Shown in pieces: positions 9,302 through 18,445 of a stretch of DNA of 64,000 bases; positions within the stretch are counted from its first letter, which is position 1; each line of letters starts with the position of its first letter. The notes beneath the pieces are model-generated. The model did not search any database. It saw nothing but the letters and a program-made list of their open reading frames with translations, and was not told the origin of the DNA. The DNA comes from an uncultured Bacteroidales bacterium. Its GTDB lineage: Bacteria; Bacteroidota; Bacteroidia; Bacteroidales; UBA1715. Position numbers and translations under genes: made by a program. The stretch spans positions 5,498 through 69,497 of the forward strand of contig CALAUG010000022.1 of the NCBI GenBank assembly GCA_937892155.1. Reading direction: 5' to 3'.

Positions 9302-10389
9302 AGTATATTACAAAGTTGTAATAGTGTCAGTTCTACGAGTAGTCGTTTGTTATTGCTTTCCCTGTATCTGTCTTCTGCTTTTTGAAGAACTTCAAGCGCC
9401 GTGAACAAAAACTCAGCGGAACATTTTGCTGTTTGTTGCAGGTAGCGTTGCTGTGCCGATGTGCTTACTTCTAATAGTCGTGTGCTGTTCGGGCTTTTGC
9501 ATACGAATAAGTCTCTGAAATGGCTGCTGAGGCCGCTCAAGAAATTCTTTTCGTCAAAGCCTTTATTTAAAATTTCATCAAATGTGAGTAGCGCTGTCGT
9601 ATAGTCCGATACAAGGAAGGCATCGGTCAATTTGAAGAAATATTCATAATCGAGTACGTTGAGATTGTCTATCGCATCTTTGTAAGTTACGTTTTTTCCC
9701 GAAAAACTAACTATTTGGTCGAAGATAGACAATGCATCGCGAAGTCCACCGGCCGATTTCGTCGCAATGACGTTCAATGCGTCTTTCTCTATTGTAATGC
9801 CCTCTTTCCCTGCAACGTTTGCAAGATGATTCGTTATATCATCAACTTGAATTCTATTAAAATCGAATATCTGGCAACGTGAAAGAATCGTTGGCAAAAT
9901 TTTATGTTTTTCCGTTGTAGCAAGAATAAAAATAGCATGTCGCGGTGGCTCTTCCAACGTCTTTAAAAAGGCATTGAAGGCTTGTTGTGAAAGCATGTGA
10001 ACTTCATCGATAATGTACACGCTGTATCTGCCGATTTGCGGCGGAATTCTTACTTGATCAATTAATTTTCTAATATCGTCAACAGAGTTGTTGGAAGCGG
10101 CGTCCAGTTCAACGACATTGAAAGATGCGGATGAGTTGAATGATTTACAAGATTCACATTCATTGCAAGCTTCAATATCGTCTGTGAGGTTGAGGCAGTT
10201 GATAGTTTTTGCGAAAATACGTGCACACGTGGTTTTTCCTACGCCACGTGGCCCGCAGAACAAATACGCTTGACCAAGATGTTTGGTGCGTATAGAGTTC
10301 TTGAGCGTCTGCGTAATAGACTCCTGACCGATAACGGTGGAAAACGTTGCAGGTCTGTATTTTCTCGCTGAAACTAAAAATTCTTCCAT
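9283..10389 (-). CDS. dnaX: DNA polymerase III gamma-like product (0-frame of dnaX; domains I-III only)
   Basis: 368 aa. Contains ARKYRPATFSTVIGQE, GPRGVGKTT, the zinc module CNECESCKSF, and IIDEVHML / SRCQ. It terminates LKKKLM-TAG two codons after an A10 tract. Confidence 0.92.
   Translation of the reverse strand: MEEFLVSARKYRPATFSTVIGQESITQTLKNSIRTKHLGQAYLFCGPRGVGKTTCARIFAKTINCLNLTDDIEACNECESCKSFNSSASFNVVELDAASNNSVDDIRKLIDQVRIPPQIGRYSVYIIDEVHMLSQQAFNAFLKTLEEPPRHAIFILATTEKHKILPTILSRCQIFDFNRIQVDDITNHLANVAGKEGITIEKDALNVIATKSAGGLRDALSIFDQIVSFSGKNVTYKDAIDNLNVLDYEYFFKLTDAFLVSDYTTALLTFDEILNKGFDEKNFLSGLSSHFRDLFVCKSPNSTRLLEVSTSAQQRYLQQTAKCSAEFLFTALEVLQKAEDRYRESNNKRLLVELTLLQLCNILKKKLM
9292..9301 (-). 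other. A10 homopolymer (T10 on the plus strand): candidate recoding / transcriptional-slippage site in dnaX
   Basis: Counted directly as gtttttttttt/a at 9291-9302. It lies at the domain III/IV boundary of DnaX. Confidence 0.6.
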
Positions 10390-10509
10390 AACACTACAAA
10401 GGTAGTTTTAATTTTGAAATGGAAATGAATGTGTTGATAATTTTTTGTCGGTAGTTACCAGTTTTAAGTTCTCTGGTCTTGATCTTTATTTTAGTCATCC
10501 TTTGACATT

Positions 10510-12306
10510 TCACGCATCTCCTTTTACCGTGTTTGCGAGTTTCTCAATGTTAAGTGAACGCGCCGATGCATCAACAATATCCTTATATACTCCGCCTTTC
10601 TTGTACAATTCATCTGGATCGCCACTTTGTTCTACGCGACCTTTTTGAAGTGCATAAATGATATCGGAGTCGATTATTTGCGAAATTGAGTGAGAAATGA
10701 TGATGACCGTTCTTCCTTTCTTAATCTCGTCTATGCTCGCTTTGATTTGTTCTGTAGCAATGGCATCGAGTGACGCGGTTGGTTCATCAAGAAAGATAAT
10801 TGGCGGATTCTTTAAGAACATTCTTGCAATAGCAATACGTTGCTGCTGACCACCGGAAAGTTCTGTTGCTTGCGACTGAAATCCGTGAGGCAACGACATT
10901 ATTTGGTCATAGATGTATGCTTTCTTTGCAGCGTCTTCAATCTGTTCCATGGTTGCATCGCAAAGACCATAGCGGATGTTTTCTTCTATGGTTCCGTCAA
11001 ATATGTGGTTCTTTTGTAATACAAGTCCGATGTTGTCACGAAGGAAATGAGTGTCATATTCCTTCAAATCGATGCCGTCAAGTTTGATGGAACCGCAGTC
11101 AGGCTCGTAGAATTTATCCAATAGGTTGACGATAGTCGATTTTCCGGCGCCACTCAAACCGACAAATGCGGTGATTTTGCCGCTTTCAATCTTCATGTTA
11201 ATATCGTGGAGCGCCTTGTTTCCGTTTGGATAGGTGAAATCAACGTGCGAGATTTCAATGTTACCTATGATTTTTTCTGACTTGTACGTACCAGTTTGTT
11301 CTTTTTGGTCATCTGCATCAAGAATATCAAAATATCCTTCGGCGTAGATGAGTGCGTCGTTCATGTCGTCGAAAATTCGTTGCAGTTGTGTGATAGGAGC
11401 AGTTACGTTGGCAAAAAGCATTACGTGGTACATAATTTTACCGATAGTCATTCCTGGATAATCAATCAGTACTAAGTATGCGGTAAGAATGATTATGAGA
11501 ACTGTTCCTACTTGTCGGACGAAACTTTTTACTGCATCAAAATAAAACGAGGTCTTACGCACAGCCATTTGGTTGTCGGTGAATTTTGTCTGAATATCCC
11601 ATTGCTTTTCGCTTTCAATGTTTTCGCGGTTAAAACTTTTGATGACGTTGATAGATTCAATAATGTTCATGATTCCATGGCTTTTTTGCTCACGGTAATT
11701 TCTCATGTTTTGTCTCCAGCCTTTTAATTTTCGTCCTTGTCTTACGGTTATCCAAATGTATATAGGAACGATACCGAGCGCCGTTAATCCAACCCATACA
11801 TTGGCTACAAACATGAGCACAAGTGCAAAGATTGCGCTTGTGAATAAAGGCAGCAAGTCAATGAAAAAATTCTGCACGGTTCGTGAAAGACTGCTCACAC
11901 CTTGATCAATACGTGTTTGCAATTTCCCTGTTGCATTTTCTCCAGATGAGAAAAATGCCATTTTATAGGTAAGAATTTTATCAATTACAGCTTGCGACAT
12001 ATCCTTTGAAACGAAAATTCTCATTCGCTCACCAAAATTGTTTTGAGCGTATGTGATTACGGCAGAAAGGACTTCTTTGCCTAATAGGATGATAGAAATC
12101 ATTGTCAGTATTTCTACGGCTTTCCCCCACGAAAAGTTTTCTAAACTGATGAGTGCGTTGATGGAATCAACGGTTTTATCGAGCACAATAGCATTGATTT
12201 GTGCCATAAAAGAGCCGATTAGCGTAAGAATCAATGTGATGATTACCAGCCATTTGTATGGTTTTACAAATGGCTTGATATTATTTAAAAGACTGAAAAA
12301 ATTCAT
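10510..12306 (-). CDS. ABC transporter, fused permease/ATP-binding protein (MsbA/exporter type)
   Basis: The likely start is the internal ATG 12304-12306 (MNFFSLLNNIKPF...), because the longer track ORF would overlap the upstream gene. Six TM helices, Walker A GLSGAGKST, signature LSGGQQQR and Walker B IIFLDEPT. Confidence 0.9.
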   Translation of the reverse strand: MNFFSLLNNIKPFVKPYKWLVIITLILTLIGSFMAQINAIVLDKTVDSINALISLENFSWGKAVEILTMISIILLGKEVLSAVITYAQNNFGERMRIFVSKDMSQAVIDKILTYKMAFFSSGENATGKLQTRIDQGVSSLSRTVQNFFIDLLPLFTSAIFALVLMFVANVWVGLTALGIVPIYIWITVRQGRKLKGWRQNMRNYREQKSHGIMNIIESINVIKSFNRENIESEKQWDIQTKFTDNQMAVRKTSFYFDAVKSFVRQVGTVLIIILTAYLVLIDYPGMTIGKIMYHVMLFANVTAPITQLQRIFDDMNDALIYAEGYFDILDADDQKEQTGTYKSEKIIGNIEISHVDFTYPNGNKALHDINMKIESGKITAFVGLSGAGKSTIVNLLDKFYEPDCGSIKLDGIDLKEYDTHFLRDNIGLVLQKNHIFDGTIEENIRYGLCDATMEQIEDAAKKAYIYDQIMSLPHGFQSQATELSGGQQQRIAIARMFLKNPPIIFLDEPTASLDAIATEQIKASIDEIKKGRTVIIISHSISQIIDSDIIYALQKGRVEQSGDPDELYKKGGVYKDIVDASARSLNIEKLANTVKGDA

Positions 12307-12329
12307 TGTGTTTTTGAGTTTATATGCTT

Positions 12330-14063
12330 CTATGAGTAATGTATAGACAGAATAGTAATGTCGTCGTTTTGTGGGTTGCCATTGACAAATTGCCGTACGT
12401 CGCCACAAATATGTTCTGCGGCATTTTCAATGTTGTTTTTCCTAATTGTTTCAACAGTGTCAAGTAATCTATCGTTACCATATAATTCTTTGGCTGCTGT
12501 TTCGGCTTCTGTTACTCCGTCGGTATAAAGAATTATGTGTGTATCTTTCTTCAATTGTATTGTTTGTTGTTCGTAAGGGAAATCTGCATAAAGTCCAACT
12601 GCTAAATTTGGTTTGCAGTCTAAAAAGCGTGGAGAGCATCCAGGTTCTGCAATAACGAGTGGATTGTGTCCAGCATTACAGTATGTTAGTTCTCCAGTTT
12701 CTAAATTTAATCGCCCAATAAATAATGTCACGAACATACCGAATGTATTTCCAGACTCTAGGTGGTTGTTAATTCTGCTTACAATTTCTTCGGTTGAAAT
12801 ATTCATACCTTCAGCGAAACGGAGTGCCGATTTTGTAACGGCCATATAGAGCGATGCGGGAATACCTTTCCCCGATACGTCGCCAATTGCAAAGTGTAGA
12901 ATGTTACCTTCTATGAAATAGTCGTACAAGTCGCCACCGACCTCTTTAGCAGGATGCAGCAGTGCGTGAATTTCCAAATTTTCTGTTTTTGGAAAATTAT
13001 GAGGCAAAATTCCCAATTGAATATGCGATGCAATAGTTAGTTCGCTGTCAATACCAGCTTGTTTCTCAACGAATCGCCTAATTTGGTATATGATAAATAA
13101 GATGCAGAGTCCAATGAGTAACAATCCGATGAATAGTACTCGTAATATTCTTCTTGTCAGCTCATTAACACCTTCGTAAATATCATCTTCTGTACATTGT
13201 AACACAATTGTCCAGTTTGTTGTTTTTATGGGAGCACTGTAAATTCTTAGTTTTTGTGCTTGCGCAGAATCAACCCATTTGTCAAAATCTGTGGTGATTT
13301 GTTTCATAATCATGCTTTGGTCTGGGTGAACAATGCAAGTTTTATTGGCATCTAAAATGAGGGCTTGTGAGTTTTCAAATGGATGAATCTCCTTTAGCAG
13401 GTCTGTTCCAAAGCGGTTCAGTTGTAAATCAACAGCAATAGTACCGATGTAGTTGTCATTCTTGTCATGTATAGGAATGCAGAAACAGTCTATTACGGCG
13501 CCTCTTATATCTACAAATGGTTCGGACCAACGTGGATGGTCAACTCTTTTTGTTTCCTTGTACCAATCGTCTTCGCGGTAATTATTTTTTTCTTCCGACA
13601 AGACGTAGTGAACGTACGAACTATCGGCGTGGCGGACAAATGGTGAAAAACCAGCCTCTCCATAATTAGGAAACAATCCAGGCTCAAATCCTATTGCGGC
13701 TCCCCACAAATGTGGATTGGCTTCCAAAAATTGTTCAAGTATGTCAAATGTTGTTTTTTCATCAAGTAATTCATCCTTATCAAGATTAAATCTCAAAAAT
13801 GAAGTGTCTGTTTTGTTGTCGGCTTTCGATTGTAGTGCGATGGAAGCAAGGCTATACCCAGAAACTTCAACTTGCTGTAAATGTTTGTCAACAATTTCAC
13901 GTGCTTCGTTCAAACTCAGTTGAACTTTTTCACCTGCGTCCTTTAATGCTTTTTCCTGAACTTGTTTATATGACCACCCAACGACGACAGAAAATATCAG
14001 TAGGGATAGTAGAGTTACTATTAAACAAAGTTTAAATATGAATGTGCTAGTTTTTGTTGGCAT
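12330..14063 (-). CDS. SpoIIE/PP2C-family protein phosphatase with extracytoplasmic Cache-like sensor domain
   Basis: 577 aa with N-terminal TM, a ~270-aa periplasmic region and a second TM. The PP2C core contains GGDLYDY...GDVSGKGIPASLYMAV...YTDGVTEA...NDDITIL. Confidence 0.85.
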   Translation of the reverse strand: MPTKTSTFIFKLCLIVTLLSLLIFSVVVGWSYKQVQEKALKDAGEKVQLSLNEAREIVDKHLQQVEVSGYSLASIALQSKADNKTDTSFLRFNLDKDELLDEKTTFDILEQFLEANPHLWGAAIGFEPGLFPNYGEAGFSPFVRHADSSYVHYVLSEEKNNYREDDWYKETKRVDHPRWSEPFVDIRGAVIDCFCIPIHDKNDNYIGTIAVDLQLNRFGTDLLKEIHPFENSQALILDANKTCIVHPDQSMIMKQITTDFDKWVDSAQAQKLRIYSAPIKTTNWTIVLQCTEDDIYEGVNELTRRILRVLFIGLLLIGLCILFIIYQIRRFVEKQAGIDSELTIASHIQLGILPHNFPKTENLEIHALLHPAKEVGGDLYDYFIEGNILHFAIGDVSGKGIPASLYMAVTKSALRFAEGMNISTEEIVSRINNHLESGNTFGMFVTLFIGRLNLETGELTYCNAGHNPLVIAEPGCSPRFLDCKPNLAVGLYADFPYEQQTIQLKKDTHIILYTDGVTEAETAAKELYGNDRLLDTVETIRKNNIENAAEHICGDVRQFVNGNPQNDDITILSIHYS

Positions 14064-14107
14064 AGATTTTTACTTTTCGTCTGCAAGATACAACAATAGT
14101 TTTAAAC

Positions 14108-15031
14108 TTAATTGACAATTTCGCCGTTCTCGGTCTCTAAATCGACAATATCATCTTTTGTAAATGGTTTTCCGCAGTGACTGCAAAATTTTGCTTCACT
14201 GTTGTGGGTATGTTCGTGACAGTGCGGACACGTTTTTGTGCGCCTTTTTTTCTCTTCGTTAATCAACGATACGGAGAAAATACCAGTTGGAACGGCCAAA
14301 ACAGTATAACCAAGCAGCATAATGACCGCAGATAAAAATCGTCCGACGCTTGTACAAGGTGCAATATCTCCATATCCAACGGTTGTCATTGTTACAATTG
14401 CCCAGTAAATGCTGTTTGGAATGTCTTCAAATCCATTCGGATTTCTGCCGTTTTCAACTATATACATAATTGTCCCTATAGAAACTACCAGTATTACTGC
14501 AAATAGGAAAAATATGATGATTTTTTGCTTGCTCTGTTTGAGTGAAAGCAGTAGTAAATTTCCTTCGTTGAGGAATGAGAATAATTTGAAAATTCTAAAG
14601 ATTCGTAGTAGGCGGAATATTCTAATTGCCAGTAGACTTTGCGCTCCAGCGAAGAAAATTCCTAAATAACTTGGCAAAGTTGCTAATAAATCTATAATAC
14701 CCCAGAAACTGAAAATGTACGAACTTGGTTTGTCCATGCAGTATATTCTGGCAAGATACTCAAATGTGAAAACTGCAGTGAAAATCCATTCCAAAATACG
14801 AAGAATTAACCGCATTGATGGTGGAAAGAAGTTCATGCTTTCCAAAATAATGATGATGACACTCAGTAAAATGCAGATAAATAAGATAATATCGAATGAT
14901 TTACCTGCAGGTGTGTCGGAACCAAAAATGATGGAATTGAGTTTCTCCTTGAGATAGTTGTTGTGCAAGAATGATTGAACTTTGTTCTTCAACAAACGAA
15001 ATGGTTTCCCTAATGTGTTAAATAATCCCAT
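14108..15031 (-). CDS. Voltage-gated-type K+ channel (ion transport family) with C-terminal zinc ribbon
   Basis: 307 aa. S4-like helix is LLAIRIFRLLRIFRIFKLF and the selectivity filter is TTVGYGD. The C-terminal tail is CPHCHEHTHNSEAKFCSHCG. Confidence 0.88.
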   Translation of the reverse strand: MGLFNTLGKPFRLLKNKVQSFLHNNYLKEKLNSIIFGSDTPAGKSFDIILFICILLSVIIIILESMNFFPPSMRLILRILEWIFTAVFTFEYLARIYCMDKPSSYIFSFWGIIDLLATLPSYLGIFFAGAQSLLAIRIFRLLRIFRIFKLFSFLNEGNLLLLSLKQSKQKIIIFFLFAVILVVSIGTIMYIVENGRNPNGFEDIPNSIYWAIVTMTTVGYGDIAPCTSVGRFLSAVIMLLGYTVLAVPTGIFSVSLINEEKKRRTKTCPHCHEHTHNSEAKFCSHCGKPFTKDDIVDLETENGEIVN

Positions 15032-15032
15032 A

Positions 15033-15509
15033 TTATCGTACTATATCTCCGACAGTTGCTTCTGCGGCCGTTATTAAATCATTTGGATTAATTTTTATTT
15101 GTAGTCCTCTTACACCAGCACTCACGTAGATGATATTTTGCTCCAAGCACGTTTGATGAAAGAATGTCGGAAATTTTTTCTTCATCGCGAGTGGAGAACA
15201 ACCACCACGAATGTATCCTGTAAGTGGCTGTAGTTCTTTGAGGTGAATCATGTCGCAGTTTTTGTTCCCTGAAATTTTTGCTGCTTTTTTTAGGTCAACT
15301 TCAAGATTTCCCGGAATAACACACACAAATGGTCCGATTTTGTCACCTCGAAGAACGAGTGTCTTAAATACTTGTTCTATTGGTTCGTTGAGTTGACTTG
15401 CAATATGTTCAGCTCCTAAATCGTTTTCATCAACGACGTAGGGTACAAGTTCGTATTGTATTTTGAGATTGTCGAGAAATCGAGCAGCGTTGGTTTTATT
15501 AATCTTCAT
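15033..15509 (-). CDS. ybaK: Cys-tRNA(Pro)/Cys-tRNA(Cys) deacylase YbaK
   Basis: Start taken at internal ATG 15507-15509 (MKINKTNAARFLDNLKIQYEL). YbaK/EbsC pattern: FKTLVLRGDK...TGYIRGGCSPL. Confidence 0.85.
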   Translation of the reverse strand: MKINKTNAARFLDNLKIQYELVPYVVDENDLGAEHIASQLNEPIEQVFKTLVLRGDKIGPFVCVIPGNLEVDLKKAAKISGNKNCDMIHLKELQPLTGYIRGGCSPLAMKKKFPTFFHQTCLEQNIIYVSAGVRGLQIKINPNDLITAAEATVGDIVR

Positions 15510-16038
15510 CGTTTTGTTGTTTAAGTGGTTCAAATATAGTAGGTTTTTCAATTTGTGGTACATTCAAATTTCCTCCGATAATTGCTTCTGCACCTTCGGC
15601 TAATGGTTTGAAAAATATAGATGTTTCTACTACTTCTATAGGCTTTGTGGAATATGTCTTGATTAAAGAATTGACAAGAAAAAATATCATTGAAATGACA
15701 ACAAGATATTTCGTGGCTCCAAATAGAACACCCATTAATTTGTCAAGCCATGCCAGTTTTATTGCTTGAAAAAATTTAAGAATTATTCGTGTTACGAAAT
15801 AACAGGCTATAAGTACGAGTATGAATATTCCTGCAAATGCCACAATTTTCTGGTGCTCTGGTGCTACAGATGTGTATTCTTCAATAAATGGAGTTAGAGC
15901 ATCAGAAAAACTCACAGCAGCCCAAATTCCGAGAACTAGTGCGACAATGGTTCCTCCTTCGGAAATCAGTCCGTTCTTAAAACCTTTGAATGCACCCCAG
16001 ATAAGGGGAATAATAACTATGATGTCTAAAAAATTCAT
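15499..16038 (-). CDS. cvpA: CvpA-family membrane protein
   Basis: 179 aa. N-terminus MNFLDIIVIIPLIWGAFKGFKNGLI and four TM helices. Confidence 0.8.
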   Translation of the reverse strand: MNFLDIIVIIPLIWGAFKGFKNGLISEGGTIVALVLGIWAAVSFSDALTPFIEEYTSVAPEHQKIVAFAGIFILVLIACYFVTRIILKFFQAIKLAWLDKLMGVLFGATKYLVVISMIFFLVNSLIKTYSTKPIEVVETSIFFKPLAEGAEAIIGGNLNVPQIEKPTIFEPLKQQNDED

Positions 16039-17252
16039 TGTATATGCGTTTTCGTTATTTTTCTAACGGGAAAATATGCCGTGAAAAATCCTACAAATAA
16101 AACGGTCACTAATATTGCAAGTACGTCTTTCCAGGCAACAACGACAGGGTAGGATTGCACTATAAAGTTATCGGATGCACCTGGTAATTTCACAATGCCA
16201 AATTTCTCTTGAATTAAACAGATAATAACTCCCAAGAAAACTCCGATAAGTGAACCGACAATAGAAATAAGCCAACCTTCAAATGTAAAAATACGTTTTA
16301 TGAGTTTTGAATCGGCTCCCATACTTTCCAGAATATGGATATCTCTCTGTTTGTCGATGATTAACATTGTAAGTGAACCTACAATGCTGAACGATGCAAT
16401 GATTAGGATAAGAGTAATAATGAGGAAGGTGACGAATTTTTCACCTTTAGAGACTTTGTTCAGAAATTCGTGCTGTCCGTCTCTGTCTTTTATTTCGAAT
16501 GAATCGCCGAGAGTTTCTTGTAGAGTACGAATCACATCTTTACTTTTTGCGTCTGGATTAAGGCGTATTTCGATGGATGAAATTTCATTGTGGGTATATT
16601 TCCATAATTCTTGAGCCAATTCCAACGAAGTAATAATGTATTCATTGTCTATTTCCATTTGTACGCTAAACACGCCTCGTGCGTACGCGTACGTTTTGTT
16701 GTATTCTTCTGTTGGAACAAATGATGATTTTTTTTCACGTTCTGGTGCGTATATGTGAATAACATCGCGGTACATCAGTCCGATGGAAAGTTTGTGCGCC
16801 ACGCCTTGTCCAACGCAGGCATAGTGTACGCCAGCTTCTTCCAATGCAAATTCTCCTACAACCAAAATCGAATCTACGTCGCAGGTCTTTTCGTACGATT
16901 CGCCGACAGCTTTCAGTTTGCCTATCATTTGTTTGTCGCCATACGTGAATAGCACATCGTCTTCTAGAATAGGCGTAAAGGCACATATTTCAGGTGTTTG
17001 GGAAATTTTATGTTCTACGGAATCAAATGAAAAAACTCGTCCTGTTTTTGCTGTGACTTTAATCTCTGGATCGAATTGATTGAACATTGAGTTTACTACA
17101 GCATTGAGTCCGTTGAAAACCGACATCGTAATGATCATAGCCATACTAACAACGGCAATCAATATAACCGACACTGTCGTAATATAGTTGATTGCGTTTT
17201 TACTTTTCTTTGAGAATAAGTATCTTCTGGCAAAAAAGAAGGACACCGACAT
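16035..17252 (-). CDS. ABC transporter permease, FtsX/LolC-E family
   Basis: 405 aa. N-terminus FARRYLFSKKSKNAINYIT, a large periplasmic MacB-like loop and the C-terminal FtsX 3-TM bundle. Confidence 0.85.
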   Translation of the reverse strand: MSVSFFFARRYLFSKKSKNAINYITTVSVILIAVVSMAMIITMSVFNGLNAVVNSMFNQFDPEIKVTAKTGRVFSFDSVEHKISQTPEICAFTPILEDDVLFTYGDKQMIGKLKAVGESYEKTCDVDSILVVGEFALEEAGVHYACVGQGVAHKLSIGLMYRDVIHIYAPEREKKSSFVPTEEYNKTYAYARGVFSVQMEIDNEYIITSLELAQELWKYTHNEISSIEIRLNPDAKSKDVIRTLQETLGDSFEIKDRDGQHEFLNKVSKGEKFVTFLIITLILIIASFSIVGSLTMLIIDKQRDIHILESMGADSKLIKRIFTFEGWLISIVGSLIGVFLGVIICLIQEKFGIVKLPGASDNFIVQSYPVVVAWKDVLAILVTVLFVGFFTAYFPVRKITKTHIQ

Positions 17253-17257
17253 CGTAA

Positions 17258-18070
17258 CTATTCTTTGTAGGCTTTAACTATTAACCCAGTTCCAGATTTT
17301 TGTTCGCATACAATATCCAACGCATTGAGTATGATACAAAGCCAGAATATGGCGATGTAGTAAAATGGTAGAAGTATGAAAAACAATTTGCTGATATTCA
17401 ATAAACTAATAGGTAATTTCATTGAAAGAATCCACGATATGTGTCCAGGTAATCCGTACGAATATGATGCTTGAATTTTTGCAAAACCGGCACTTGTCAG
17501 TTTTGCTGTAATATCATCTATGCTGTATCCGTCACGAACGTGTTCGCCGATAAATGATTCTCCGCCTTCTTCATCAACATCGGATCCTCCTAAATTGGAA
17601 GGTGTTGATATCAGTAGCATTCCTTGTGGTTTGAGAGATGTGTAGAAATTCTTAAATACTTGTTCGTCTTCAAGAATGTGTTCCATAACATCTACCGATA
17701 GAATTAAATCGCTTGGCGTTTCCGAAATGAAAGTCGTTAAATCGCCTACAGCGAATTTCATTCTATTTTCAAAATTAATTTGCTTAGAAAAATTGTTGCA
17801 ATCGGCAATTTGTTCTTCTTTCACGTCTATGCCTAATACATTCCACAATGAATTTTGGCGAGCAAGGAAATATGAATACTGTCCAAAACCTGAGCCTGCA
17901 TCAATAATAAATCTGGAGTCTTCTTTACCTTTCTTCCACGCATTGATTGCTTTTTTTATGTGCCAGGCACGCAAAAGTAGAATGTCAAGAAGTATGTAGA
18001 ACACCTTCCGTAAAAATGGACTTTTATTGAAAAACGTGCCTAATGAAAATTTTATTGGGTCGTAGTTCAT
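17258..18070 (-). CDS. Class I SAM-dependent methyltransferase with C-terminal membrane segment
   Basis: 270 aa. SAM motif I is IIDAGSGFGQY and motif II is DLILSVDVMEHI. The C-terminus (FFILLPFYYIAIFWLCIILNAL) is hydrophobic. Confidence 0.75.
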   Translation of the reverse strand: MNYDPIKFSLGTFFNKSPFLRKVFYILLDILLLRAWHIKKAINAWKKGKEDSRFIIDAGSGFGQYSYFLARQNSLWNVLGIDVKEEQIADCNNFSKQINFENRMKFAVGDLTTFISETPSDLILSVDVMEHILEDEQVFKNFYTSLKPQGMLLISTPSNLGGSDVDEEGGESFIGEHVRDGYSIDDITAKLTSAGFAKIQASYSYGLPGHISWILSMKLPISLLNISKLFFILLPFYYIAIFWLCIILNALDIVCEQKSGTGLIVKAYKE

Positions 18071-18444
18071 TTTCTATTTTCTTTATTTTTTTCTTCGGTG
18101 TTAGTTGAATGAAGAAGTCTTTCTATGTTTGCCTGATATTCAATTGAATCGTCTATATGAAATGCCAATTCGGGAATAATTCGTAGTTGCTTTCCTACTT
18201 TTTGTGCAAGCATCTGGCGTATTGTTTTTGATTTATCCTGAATTGTTTCAAATAGTTGCTGCTCGTCTTTGCTCGGCGCAAAAATACTTACATATATTTT
18301 CGCAAACGATAGGTCGGGAGCAACACGGACAACCGTCACCGAAATCAGTGCACCTCGAAACATGTTCATCGCTTCTTTTTGAAAAATATCGCCCAATTCT
18401 TTTTGTAGTAGGCGCGCAACCTTATTTTGACGTGTCTCGCTCAT
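18067..18444 (-). CDS. rbfA: 30S ribosome-binding factor RbfA
   Basis: 125 aa. Contains RQNKVARLLQKELGDIF...ISVTVVRVAPDLSFAKIYVS...LRIIPELAFHIDDS. Confidence 0.9.
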   Translation of the reverse strand: MSETRQNKVARLLQKELGDIFQKEAMNMFRGALISVTVVRVAPDLSFAKIYVSIFAPSKDEQQLFETIQDKSKTIRQMLAQKVGKQLRIIPELAFHIDDSIEYQANIERLLHSTNTEEKNKENRK

Positions 18445-18445
18445 A

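Noticed and set aside
9137-9385. 82-aa plus-strand ORF (Leu/Arg/Cys-rich) opposite the dnaX linker. A similar one lies at 10445-10648.
   Set aside because: It is antisense to the Q/K-rich dnaX linker and to the 3' end of the ABC gene. It is low-complexity and has no start context or promoter box.
12307-12408. N-terminal extensions of track ORFs. This one affects the ABC exporter; others are at 15510-15563, 22966-23004, 28719-28745, 38570-38617, 38758-38769, 40195-40248 and 44244-44381.
   Set aside because: - The extensions overlap the upstream gene or intergenic promoter DNA.
- Several begin with TTG or GTG.
- They precede an internal ATG that yields a canonical N-terminus (signal peptide, lipobox or family-typical start).
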